From Mustelus asterias (Eukaryota): a stretch of DNA of 64,000 bases. The position numbers and the translations under genes were made by a program. Within the stretch, counting starts at the first letter, position 1. Each line of letters begins with the position of its first letter. The notes under the pieces were generated by a model. It made no database searches. It saw nothing but the letters and a program-made list of their open reading frames with translations, and was not told where the DNA came from. The DNA lies in the NCBI RefSeq assembly GCF_964213995.1, contig NC_135811.1, positions 107,446,001-107,510,000 on the forward strand, read 5' to 3'. Below are positions 1-11,205 of the stretch, in pieces.

Positions 1-488
1 GAGATATTCTGGGTGAAAATCGCCAGACTAATGCATTGCTAAATGCAATTTGTTGACTTAGGTGTCCTGAATTAGTTGATGAATTTTCTATTGATCCAAA
101 GCAGCCCGATTTATCTTTGCCAGCCAAAACGCCTTCCTCCTCCCCAAGCTCTGCAAAGGCGTTAGCATTGCCATTACAAAAAGATTTACAAGCCATGGAT
201 AGATTCTAACATATAACGTCCTATTTTATGTTTTTTTTGCAAAGCTAAGTCTTTTTTTTGGAAGTGATATCGACTGGTAAGAAACCAGTGATCATATAAC
301 AAACCCGTTTGGACGACGTCAATTCTGCAAAGCGGACTTAAAGGAAAAAGGTCCTATCTGCAAACTTGCCAAGTTTTAGGAATAAAAAAGGCACATTAAA
401 TGCTGTAATCAAAAACTGTTTAGGGGAGAAGCTTGGGAGCATTCAACGTCCAATTCTATTTCCTTATCCGGGAATCGAACGGGACCTA

Positions 489-552
489 CCATTGGCTGCC
501 GGTGTCACATGAACGCCTAACTTTGTTCACTTGACAGTAAAGTAGGAGGGTT
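489..552 (+). promoter_or_regulatory. HoxB4 proximal promoter block (inverted CCAAT, E-box and Hox4 leader motif)
   Basis: ATTGG 491-495 and CACATG 506-511, followed by CTAACTTTGTTCACTTGACAGTAAAGTAGGAGGG, which I recall as conserved upstream of Hox4 genes. Confidence 0.75.
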
Positions 553-621
553 TAGGTAACAGGAAAAACGGCTGGGTTAGAAAAAATTTTGAGTTATTTT
601 GCATTTCAGATATTAAAGGTC

Positions 622-1027
622 ATGAGTTCGTTTTTGATTAATTCTAACTATGTGGACCCTAAATTTCCACCGTGTGAAGAGTATTCTCAGAACAATTACC
701 TACCAAGCCATTCTCCGGAATACTTTACCCGGGCACGGGAGCCCGGGTTCCAGCATGAGGCGATGTACCCGCGGTCAGCGTACAGCGAGCAGCCCTACTC
801 CTCTTGCAGCAACCTCCAGGGCTCGGGCGAGCAAGTCGTGGCGCCTAGGGGTCACGTACAATCGCAGACCGGCCTGCAGAACCACTTAGACAAGCATGGC
901 CACCAGTGTGTCTCGGTGACTCCAAGCCCACCGCCCTCTTGCAGTCAGAACTTCAGCAACCAAAACACTCCTTGTTCCAAAGAGCCTGTGGTTTATCCGT
1001 GGATGAAGAAATTACATATAAACGTCG
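622..1027 (+). CDS. HOXB4: HoxB4 coding exon 1 (joins 1359-1678; 241 aa total)
   Basis: N-terminus MSSFLINSNYVDPKFPPCEEYSQ is typical of paralogue B4. YPWM hexapeptide is present. Donor G|GTGAGT at 1027/1028, phase 1. Confidence 0.95.
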
Positions 1028-1089
1028 GTGAGTCGTTTGCCTGGGCTTTTTACCACCTGAAAGCCCGGGATCTATTGCACCCACTGTAA

Positions 1090-1175
1090 ATAGCCATTCT
1101 TTAGATTTACGATCGCCTATCTGGAGGTCAGTAATCACATCCTCCATAAATTTTTATTGCAGTACAATTACACTT
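1090..1175 (+). promoter_or_regulatory. HB-1-like conserved element in the HoxB4 intron (Cdx/Hox sites)
   Basis: GATTTACGA...GTAATCACATCCTCCATAAATTTTTATTGCAGTACAATTAC matches the recalled Hox4 intronic homeodomain-binding element and lies near the 5' end of the intron. Confidence 0.7.
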
Positions 1176-1358
1176 CTGGCCATGTGCCTTTGATGTGTTG
1201 TGTCCAAGCCGCTCAGATCTCTTTGAGCAGCAGTTAATGATAGAAGTGAACTTTTACATTTTTCTTACGCTAATGCTTACTTTAAGTGCACTAATTCTAT
1301 TCCTTGTGAGATTCGTGGTGTTCAGTCAGTTATTTCTGTGTTGTTGCTTTTTGTTCAG

Positions 1359-1678
1359 TGAACCCTAATTACAAAGGAGGGGAACCCAAACGCTCCCGCA
1401 CTGCTTACACGAGGCAGCAAGTTCTAGAGCTGGAGAAGGAGTTCCATTTTAATCGGTACCTAACCCGGAGACGCAGGGTGGAAATAGCCCATTCTCTTTG
1501 CCTGTCAGAACGACAGATTAAAATATGGTTCCAGAACAGGCGAATGAAATGGAAAAAGGACCACAAGTTGCCAAATACCAAAATCAGGTCTACTACAGGC
1601 TCCTCATCCTCTGCAAGTCATCAATCGCAAGGAAGCTCTCAGAACCAGGAGCCAAGTGGACCATCAGCCACATTATAG
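1359..1678 (+). CDS. HOXB4: HoxB4 coding exon 2 (homeodomain)
   Basis: Acceptor TTGTTCAG at 1351-1358. Group-4 homeodomain [66 protein letters not shown], ending in TAG. Confidence 0.96.
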
Positions 1679-3978
1679 CTGCTCTTGTGGGAGAGAAAGT
1701 GGTAGACGCGCGCATAAGCATAGAATTTTAACTGAAAGACTGTTTATTTATAATGGCAAAGTCTAAGCTGTAAATACTCCGATTTTGCCCACTCCTCTCA
1801 CCCCTCCCCCATAAGTAATATTGTAGATTGCAGTTTTCAGAAGAGATTGGCAAAGATGAATCCTCGTTTCATCTTTAATCACGCCAAAGTCTCCCCATTT
1901 GTCATGTTTACTTGGTGGTACAAAGGATGAACTCTATGCCTACGATTACCTCGACAGCAAACGAACACTTTAATAAATGAGGCTCCGTTTCGTCAACCTG
2001 GGATGACAAACTGTCTTTTATTCACACAAAAACAAACTCACAACAAGAATGTTGAAGCAGTTCGGCAAGATGGCCCTTGTGGTTTTAAGCTCGAAGTCAT
2101 TTTCCAATGGGGTTTACAAAAAGAAACATTTTGGGTATTTTCTTTGGAATATTACACTGACATGTACTCCATTTCCTCAGACGTTAAGATCCCAAATATA
2201 TTACTTTCGGTGCCAATAAAAATGTATGTAGTTCGACTTTAAAAGCAAACGTGTAAAGATCATATGTAGGAATAAATTATGTCAACAAAGTTATTTAAAG
2301 TGTTATGAAAATGTTGCATGTGACTTGTACAGCCACGATACAATACTTGCTTCTGGCCTTAGTATTAGTAAATTGTACATTAGCTGAAAGAAGTGGACGG
2401 TTAGGTAGATAAACTGTTTTAATTTCCTTATCACTCTTTATGACATTCCAAACTATGAAGTTTAGCAGCTACATCGTTCGGGCCCACAGGAGTTTGTATT
2501 TTCGTTAGCAGTCTATGTCCTTGCATTGTTCTGTATGTATTGACTCTCATCCAGACCAAAATACGTGTAAATAGTAATAACCGAAATAAATTTTTTTCAA
2601 GGTGTATCTTTTCCTTTGTTTATTTATACCTAGTCTGCTGGTCCAATTCTCGAAGCAATATGATCTGGTGACATGACTGCAGATTTTTCTAAGCTCATCC
2701 ATCTGTGTGAGTTGGCCAGGGTGATAACAAAGGACATTGGCTTGGTGGAAATATTGCCAGAATGGGTACACCTCAAAACAAATGCAATGCTTATCCTACA
2801 TTGTTAAAGGCCTTTATACCTGTTTGTGGATATAGATGTATTGTACAATAATACAATAGAGTAATAAGTTTGGAAAACACTCTTTTTAAAGATTGGCTAC
2901 TTCACTCTAGTTATCTGTTATTTCTTAATTGTTTAGGATCACTACCAGATCTCTTTTTTCTCTTGTACAATCCTTAATCTTTTAAAGTTAAATCCATTTC
3001 TATTTTTTATACTATACCTTTTAGCATTTTTTCTTTGTGCATGTGCGTTTGGGTATTGGAAAGGGATTGGAGGGTGTAATGGTTCAAGCTTTGACAAGCA
3101 AATAGATAATCAAGAAGACAAATGACCTCTTTTGTCAGATGAAGCTCCATATTAATTTTAATTTTCTTTCGTATAGCACATTGCATATGCAATCTGGAAT
3201 CTGAAAATGCAGCAAATATCGAAAGAAAACCTAACTGGAATTTATATCACTGCACAACACAATATTCTACATTTGGGAGAAATATTCTCTGGTTCAAGAG
3301 TTTAATTCACTGATGCACGTGTTTTGACTTAGTCCTGCAATTTAACAAATAATATTACCAAACTACATTTTGACTTTGTAACTGGTAATCCCACCCTACC
3401 CCATCCCCATTCTTCAAAAATATTCATGCCAAATGCAACCAGAAAAACATCATTGATCTGCACATGATACAATGTGCCCTTTTTGATGATCGTTTATACT
3501 GTGTTTTGCAACCTGATAAGATTTCACATATTCAACTGTCACAGAAGAAATAGGAATAAAGTTTGATTTTCTTAGATCACGTTTTGCCTTTGGAGACAAT
3601 GCAACGATTTACAATCTGTCGCTTATATGAGAAAACTCTGTCTAACCAATGTATACGTGTTTTGTGTTCCCCCCGCCTCCCCTCCCCCCGGAGGTCCCAC
3701 GAAACTGAGACGATGTGAAATGCAGCCTTTCCAAATGTAACATTTTCGTTAAGGTATATAATTCTGAAGTGTTCTGAGGAGCAATTACTTTAGTTAATAA
3801 TATAAGAATTATTCATTGAATCTCGGCAATCGCTGCTCAATTTTCTCTATTCATAGACACAGATAACAGGCCAGCCAGTCCTACACCCTCTGCCAGACTG
3901 TTGCCAAAGGCTCTGAATGCATGCTATACAACTAAAGTTCACAGGCATTATTTGTACGCAAAGAGGTTCTGAAAATGT

Positions 3979-4006
3979 GAGAATTAACTTGAAATCATTA
4001 ATCACT
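3979..4006 (+). promoter_or_regulatory. CR3 / late neural enhancer-like Hox autoregulatory element (shared Hoxb4/Hoxb3)
   Basis: GAGAATTAACTTGAAATCATTAATCACT has two ATTA/TAAT cores and resembles the recalled mouse CR3 HS1+HS2 sequence. It lies 2.3 kb 3' of the HoxB4 stop. Confidence 0.6.
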
Positions 4007-4451
4007 GCTTTCTTTAAATACTTCTCCCATTGTTGCTCAACAGCAAATCTGGATGGCTGGTCCCGGGCAAAAGTGGTGAGCGACCTGGAGGGTTCTTTAA
4101 AAATATGGGCAGAGCGTGGAATATCTCAGTCACACCGGAAGATTCCCTCTCAACTATGATTAAAAATCGTAAAAATGCTCAGGGTTCGAAAAAGGAAAAT
4201 GCTGAAAGGAAAGGTAAAAGCAAACAAAGCCAATTAATTTCCTCGCTTTGAATCGCTTTGTTGTTCTTTTGACAATTAAATGTGAACGCACACTCGTTCT
4301 GTGCAACTTTAAACACACAGCCAATGCATTGGCTGTAGAATCTGCTTATAGTTTGCGTTTCGTTGCTTATTTTTAAAAATGTGTTTTTAAGTATATATGG
4401 ATCTTACGGAATAAAATCAGCATGATGGTTGGTCAGCAGGATGGCCGAAAG

Positions 4452-4468
4452 GGTTCACGGAAAGGACA
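4452..4468 (+). promoter_or_regulatory. DR5 retinoic acid response element 3' of HoxB4 (early neural enhancer type)
   Basis: GGTTCA cggaa AGGACA, at the position where group-4 genes carry a 3' RARE. Confidence 0.8.
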
Positions 4469-7400
4469 ACTTTTCTATCCGATTAGCTGTTTTTATTCTA
4501 GCAGTCTGACCTCTGAAACCCTTGACCTTTAAGACATGACTCTGTTCTATCTGAACATTCTCAATACTAAAGGATAAAAAAAAATCCAGGGTTACCCCTC
4601 GTTCATTCGACTTAAATTCTGTGCTGCGTGGCCGAATAGTATCCGTTCTGTTAGGCTTGCTTCTGTGCAATTATTTCCAACTTGCATTAGAGAAGATGGA
4701 CGATCTTGAATGTTAGTTTTGAATTTTTTTTTAATATTCAGTGACAGCTAAAAGTAGGCTGTGGAATGATTTTTAGATACACACACAGCTGTGTGTATGT
4801 GTGTGTGCGTGTTGCAAACACATTTAAAGATGGTCTCTAAAAATCCAACCGTTGAGAAGGAAAGTAGACCATTGTTTTGTTCTCAGCTTGCCCTTTCTCT
4901 GTAGAAAATTTAACTTATTGACATACCTTGAAATTTTATTTCAAAGTTTTTGTCTATTAATGAAAACAATAACATTTTAGCCAGACTTTTTAAAAAAATC
5001 TTTAAATGCCGTTTGTTTGCGGACAATGAGCGTCGGGCAGGAGGGAGAGGCAGAGAGGAATAGAAAGAGACATTCCATGGATACAACGTGTTGGGCTTTT
5101 CAAAGCAGTTTATTCCTATCAAAGCCCCGCTTCAGAAGTGAACGCCCTAATTCAAACCTTATTGTTACTCAATGTCCTCCTTCACTAAGAGGAGAAATAG
5201 ATATCACCTTTTCACGATTTAAGAAAGCAACTGCCGTGGAACACAAATTCTATTAAGAGGGCGTGAACTGAAGCCCAGTTTCCGCACCTTTACTGAATTC
5301 GCTAACTCCAATTTATTAATGTAACGTTAGTGCTTGTTCTAGGCAATAAACACGTGAATGCAATAATTCAGCATGTAGTTTAGAGGAAAGTTTCAAATGT
5401 GTGTTAAAAGGAAATAAACGAAATGGTTGCCTTTGTTAGTTGAGAAGTCCCCGCCCCTCAATCCTTTCCTTTTTCGAAGTATTTATGAGGCTTTTATAAC
5501 TAAATAGTCTTTATTTCCTTTTTTAAACCATTGGAATTTTCTAACACCCTTTTAGAATGCAATAAATATGACGGATGAGATTTATTCAGGACATCATAAA
5601 ATTATGTCATCATAATTTTCTGAAAAAGTTGGGGTTTCTGACGAGAACAAAGGCCGAGTTCCAGGTATTAGTATGGGCTAGATAGAGCGGAATTTTAAAA
5701 CTTGTAACGAAATCACCTCTAGTGCTATTGTAAATACACCGATTGCAATTGCTAGTCTGCCCGTGAGGAATCACCCGCAGAGAGAATATTAAAACAAGAC
5801 CAAGTTAGACAGCACTGTGTCAAATTGGTTTCTCGGAGAATGATTCTGACTAAGATTATTGCTTTTTCCAAAGCACTGCTACTGCCAGTGAAAAAAGAGG
5901 ATCTCCCACATCTATTCACACCTCTTTGCCAATAACAGATTCAGTGTCCCCTAGCACAGATTTGCTCCGAATGGTTATAATGTCACAACTGCAAAATGCA
6001 TTGGAATGGATTTTATAAAAATGCATTATTCTTGCAACTACTCTAATTTTTGGGAGGTATTTGGGTGGCGACTGGTTGCCAGGTTTGTAACAGGGGGAAT
6101 AACAGTGTCCTTGTGTAAGTGAAAAGGGATTGTTCTTGTACAAGAAACATTGGTTCTACAGTAGTACAAAGACAACTGTGCGACAGAAAAGAATGATATA
6201 AAGGGGAAAACGGGGAGTAGAAAACTTGGAAAAACAATGCATGCGAGAAGCAAATTTATGGTGGAGTAAAAAAGGCAGTTCCTAGGTCTAATATATATAT
6301 AACTAGAATACCATCGGCGCCATAAAAGGTGGTCATGGTTGTGTGTCTGAAGAAGCGTCTCAGCATACAAAAAGCGAGGCATAGAAAGCTCTGAGTCCAT
6401 TGATACAGTCACACTTCTATTTAGTTCTTGCCTTACAGAATCTCTGCAAAAACCTCTGAATCCCTCTTTGTAAGAAGAATCATTAGTAATGCAATTGATG
6501 CAATTTTGAGAACAAAATTCATTGGGAATAAAGAGGAATATGAAATATTTTCCGCCCTCCCAGTGGAAGGTGACACTTCTCCTTGGAGTATGAATTTGAA
6601 ATCCCCCCTTCCCCCTCGATCACGTGACTCATTAAATAATTAATGCAGCTGTTGCAGAATAGATATGTATTCGTCGGTAAATCGCCGACATGGTCTCCCA
6701 ATGTCTGACGTGAAATTCTACTGTCCTTTTAAAAACAAGCCTATAACTTGAGAGAGAGGCTGGAATAAAACAATTTGGGAAGAGAGGCACACCGTGGGTT
6801 GGATTATTGTAAGTACAGCTGCAGCGCCTCGTGTCTCTGTATGTAAATATTATGTGTGTTATTTATGTTTTACAAGACTGTCATAACATTTGACAAATAG
6901 TGTCTTTCCTCATATTTTTCAATTTACCACGGTGGTATGTTTGTTTATTTCTCCATTTTCTTTGATTTTTCTGTGAATGTTTTTCTTCTTGCTTTCTTGA
7001 TTTATTGCAAAATATGTCAGCAACACTATGGATGCCATTGTGTATAAGTTGTGTGTTGTTTATGTTCGTCTGTGTGATAAATCATGCTCTTTGAGAATGA
7101 TGTGCAAGTGATGATATTCAGGAATGAGGAAGGTTGTAATCCTCTCCCCAGAGTTGATTATTGCGGGCCATTTGTAGCAATAGATCAGAGGATAATATGA
7201 AAGCTATAGCTGGGGGTCTTAAATTACAGCATCCGTGATTACCAATTATGGATAGTTTTGTATGAATTCTTTAAAACACAACCCCTCATTGGAATAAAAA
7301 CCTAGTGAAGGAGGCGCTTTGGGTGACCAGAAATGAATTGCGAAACCCAATTTTGAAAATGAGCGAAGACTAACAGACTTCCACAACGCCTCGGTCCTTT

Positions 7401-10400
7401 TATTCTGCGGTTGGACGCCAGCCAGTCAAATTGAAGCCATTAATAGCAGCGTAACATTTAACACCGATCGTTAGTGCAAACCTTTATGTAGTAAAATTAG
7501 AATAACTCAGTGATTGGCATTAAATATTAATGGTTGCAGCAGGCAAGGAACGTCAGTATTGAAACACGCGTGCCTTTCAAAATACCATTATCTGTCAGCT
7601 GAATAGCAATCTTTTCCTTATTGAGGGATATTTAATGGTCGTTTTTAATTATGATTATCTGAAGTGTTTTTAAGTGTTTGTTTTGATAATTACACAGGGC
7701 TTCGTTGGAATTATCTATTGTAAATTCTATCTACTGTATATTCTATCTGGTAGCTTAACAAAGATGAAACCCTCAAAATGCTTATTAACCATTTAATTAT
7801 TTAATGTACAAGACATAGGCGTCAATAACAAACACTATTACTTGAGAACAAACACATGGAACAATTTTTAAGTTATTAATGAACGCAATGTATTTTATGT
7901 CATAAATATGGAATATCTGTCTTTGTTCTTTTGTAGTTGCCATACATATATATGTTTCAGGTAGTCGTATATATATATATATATTTGTGTATGTTACATA
8001 AAGTTAATGTAGGCAGCCATTGGATGGATTGACAAAGTCTTATGTCTTTTAACAAATTGTAGCACATAATCTGTTTTCCTCAATATTTGAGTAATAGTGT
8101 GTGCTTGTAAATGAGGGGGGGAAACAATGAAAACACAGAGTTGCTCTATGATTGGCAGGCCTTCGGGATGTCGATTTTCTTCATTTGCCAAAAAAATGCT
8201 CCTGAGAAAAGAGAAAGGGGTAAGGCATTAGCAAATCGATATTAGAACACAATTGGATATTGCTTAGCATCCATAGGAAAGATGTGTAAATTTCTTTGCA
8301 AGTCTGACCCTAGATTCAATTGAGGCTTTATTAATTGATAACTCCCAGCACAAAATGGAAAAATAATGTGACTCAGTGCCCTCAACACACATGAATCATG
8401 CTCAATGGCACTACATTCGTTCAGCGGCGCTGGTAGCAATGTGGGTTTTATTTTAGAAATAATTTATACCACGGAAAGGCAAAATACGCTCTTATATTCT
8501 GAAAATGTTAAGGCTTAAAGGCAGTTTCTTCTATCCGTAGAAAATTTGCAGCCACATCCGCACAGACGATAGCTGTGCTTTAAAACAAGCCTGACAATGC
8601 GGCGCCAATCCACTCAACGAAAAGCCCCTCCTAAAGGCTTTGTTCGTTCGCCTCTCTTTAAGGAGCGGTGGCGACTTCTATAGAAAGCAGGACATAAAGA
8701 CTAAAGCTAATCTACTTCAAAAACAGAAAAACTCTAAAACGTAACATTTGAAACCGAGCCGAGATGTTGAACAATATTTTATGCCTGATTCTTTTCAGTT
8801 CTTGGAATTTTTATCACGTTGTCTACTAATTTTTTTCTCCTGCAGATCACATTCCACTGCATGAAAAAAACAACAAAACTATACAAACAGGAGGATCGTT
8901 GCTCAAGTTTTGTGATTTCTGGACTCCTTCCTCCTTAACTTTGTTTCTTTTCCTTTATCCATCAGCTGCCAGAATTAACTTTGTGAACGAGTCTAAGATT
9001 TATTTATGGTGTCTGATTTCATAATTGCTTTGCTCTCTCCCTTATCTGCATCGTTCATTTGCGTTGAAATCCTTCAAACTGAACAGATATACTTTAAATA
9101 AAATCCTCTTAAAGGGATGATAATGTATTAATGGTTGCAAGGAAACAACCCTACGTACTCTCAGAATAGACGTTGCCCTTATAAGATGGCTATTTAATAT
9201 ACAGGTAATTATACTCCTCATAATAAATCATGTCCCTTCTCCCTGTTAATACATTTTGCTGGGCTATATATGGCTATTTAAAATTAATGAAAAATTACGA
9301 CTATTTTCCATGGGAACTGTACTATAGCCTTTCTCAGACACCGTGCAGAAGAATGGGCGAGGATGTCAATATATTTACATTTCCTCATATTTGAATAGTG
9401 ATAGGAAGCAAAACTAAACATACAGCCGTTACAATTTATCAACAAATCGCTTATTAAATAAGAGTCGAGTGGTTAGGTAATTTATGCTTTGTTCATAACA
9501 TTGAATCACAATATTGTAAGAGGTATTTAATGAAAACTTAATAATAAGAATGGATCCAGGACATACGACATGGATCACAACTAAAATGCTACAAATATAC
9601 TTAATTTTGCTGCTAATCTTTTGTAAAATAATATTTGTTAGCATGGACAAAGGTAGCCAAGCTAAGCGGTCAGCGTGGGTAAACTTATTCAATCTAAATT
9701 CATATATTTTCTTAAAGAATGCATAATTAAACGATCAGCATTGTAGGTATGTATGTACTGTTCTTGACTTTGCAATTCAAGGCGTTTCAACGCCTCTCAA
9801 TAACCGATAAAATTAGCTCCAGCACAGACAAGGTAATAAATTATAGTGATGCTGCTCCATGCTCCCAGACTGGCTATTAGAAAAGTGAAAATGCAATAAC
9901 TATAACCTCTGACCTTTCACTGATAATACAAAACGAAACTAATTTTGAGGAACAATTCACTTGATGGGTCCAGTGGTATATAGTTCTCTTTTACGAGATA
10001 TGACGATTTGTAATTTTTTTTGTTCAGTGCTGGCTTCAAATCACCGAAAACCTTGTATTTTTGGTGCCAAATTTGCCATGTTTTTCCATTCCTTTGTGTT
10101 GAAATGTAGTCGGTCTCTAAGGAGCAATTGTCCGAAATTGTTGCAATTGGAGGAACAAAAATAGGATAAGGTGATGCCCTGTTCGCACTCCGTGGAGATT
10201 TGAGGTTTATTTGCTTGAAAGTAATGATTGTAATCATTTTATAAATCACTTGGACATTGTTAGGAAATTGACATAGTAGGACTGTATCATTGTGCTTAAA
10301 AACTAACATTGCTGCATTCTGTGATTTTTTTCTCTCTCCCCATCTGTCTCTCCCTCCCTCTCTCACGCTATTGCTTTCTTCTCTCCCTCTCTTCTCGTCT

Positions 10401-11140
10401 GTATGTCTCTCCCTCTCTTTCTGCATTTCTCATTCACTCTAGCCCGCTGTTGAATATCACAAAATATTTAACTGGCGTGCTCCGTATTTAAAGGAGTCGG
10501 GCTAATGTTGCACTACGATACCTCAGCTCACACGGAAATCATTCCTGACATCCAACGAACAGGCCCGTTCCTATTGGACACGTTAACTCACATCTTTATT
10601 TCATGTTCCATTTAGCATTCTGTCGGTTTTTTTGTATTGCCTCCCGTTGTCAACAGCCTATCCTTAAATCATGCTGAGTTTAGAATAATAGTTTGATTTT
10701 TAACAATTTGTACAGAATTAAGCATCTGGAATAATTAAACTACTCGGTTTTGTTTCTTGATAGTCCGTTCAGGCAAAGATCTAGTCGTGTTAACGGCTGG
10801 ATGTGACTTCGCAGTATGGCCACTATTGAATTCACTCCTCTCAGGCGAAGAAATGCATCTTTCGATGGCAATCCCGCGATTTTCCACAATGCATTTTTTT
10901 CCAAATCCACCAGAGTCCAATAAATATTTTTCCTCCCGTGGGGGTTATAGCTGAGCTCCGCCACCTGTGATGAAAGACCAAATTCAGTGATCTTTTTCCA
11001 AGTTCCATTGCAATAATCCAACAGGTAAGCGAACCAAGTAAGCTGCAGCTTAAACATTTTTCCCCCTCTGCAGCTCTGAATTCCAGAGTGGATATAATTA
11101 ATGGCCTATAGTTTGACCTGAGAGAGAGGTCCCCGGTTGG

Positions 11141-11205
11141 TTTCCGTGAACTATTGCTGACTTTTTGTGTGTAACGGATTAAGACAGACGTGGCCTCTCC
11201 CACAC
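11141..11205. promoter_or_regulatory. Candidate Hoxb3 r5 enhancer core (ETS, MafB/kreisler, Krox20)
   Basis: TTTCC 11141-11145, MARE half-site TGCTGAC 11155-11161 and Krox20-like CTCCCACAC 11197-11205 are clustered upstream of HoxB3. Confidence 0.5.

Noticed and set aside
1-620. miR-10 hairpin expected upstream of Hox4
   Set aside because: I did not find TACCCTGTAGA in the window. The gene probably lies further 5', outside this sequence.
589-621. ORF-track N-terminal extensions (589 for HoxB4, 20834 for HoxB3, 37498 for HoxB1)
   Set aside because: They start at TTG/GTG under prokaryote-style calling. Homology begins at the ATGs at 622, 20849 and 37558.
9917-10426. 169-aa minus-strand ORF
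   Set aside because: It starts in a CT/GA low-complexity tract and has no recognisable domain or splice context.
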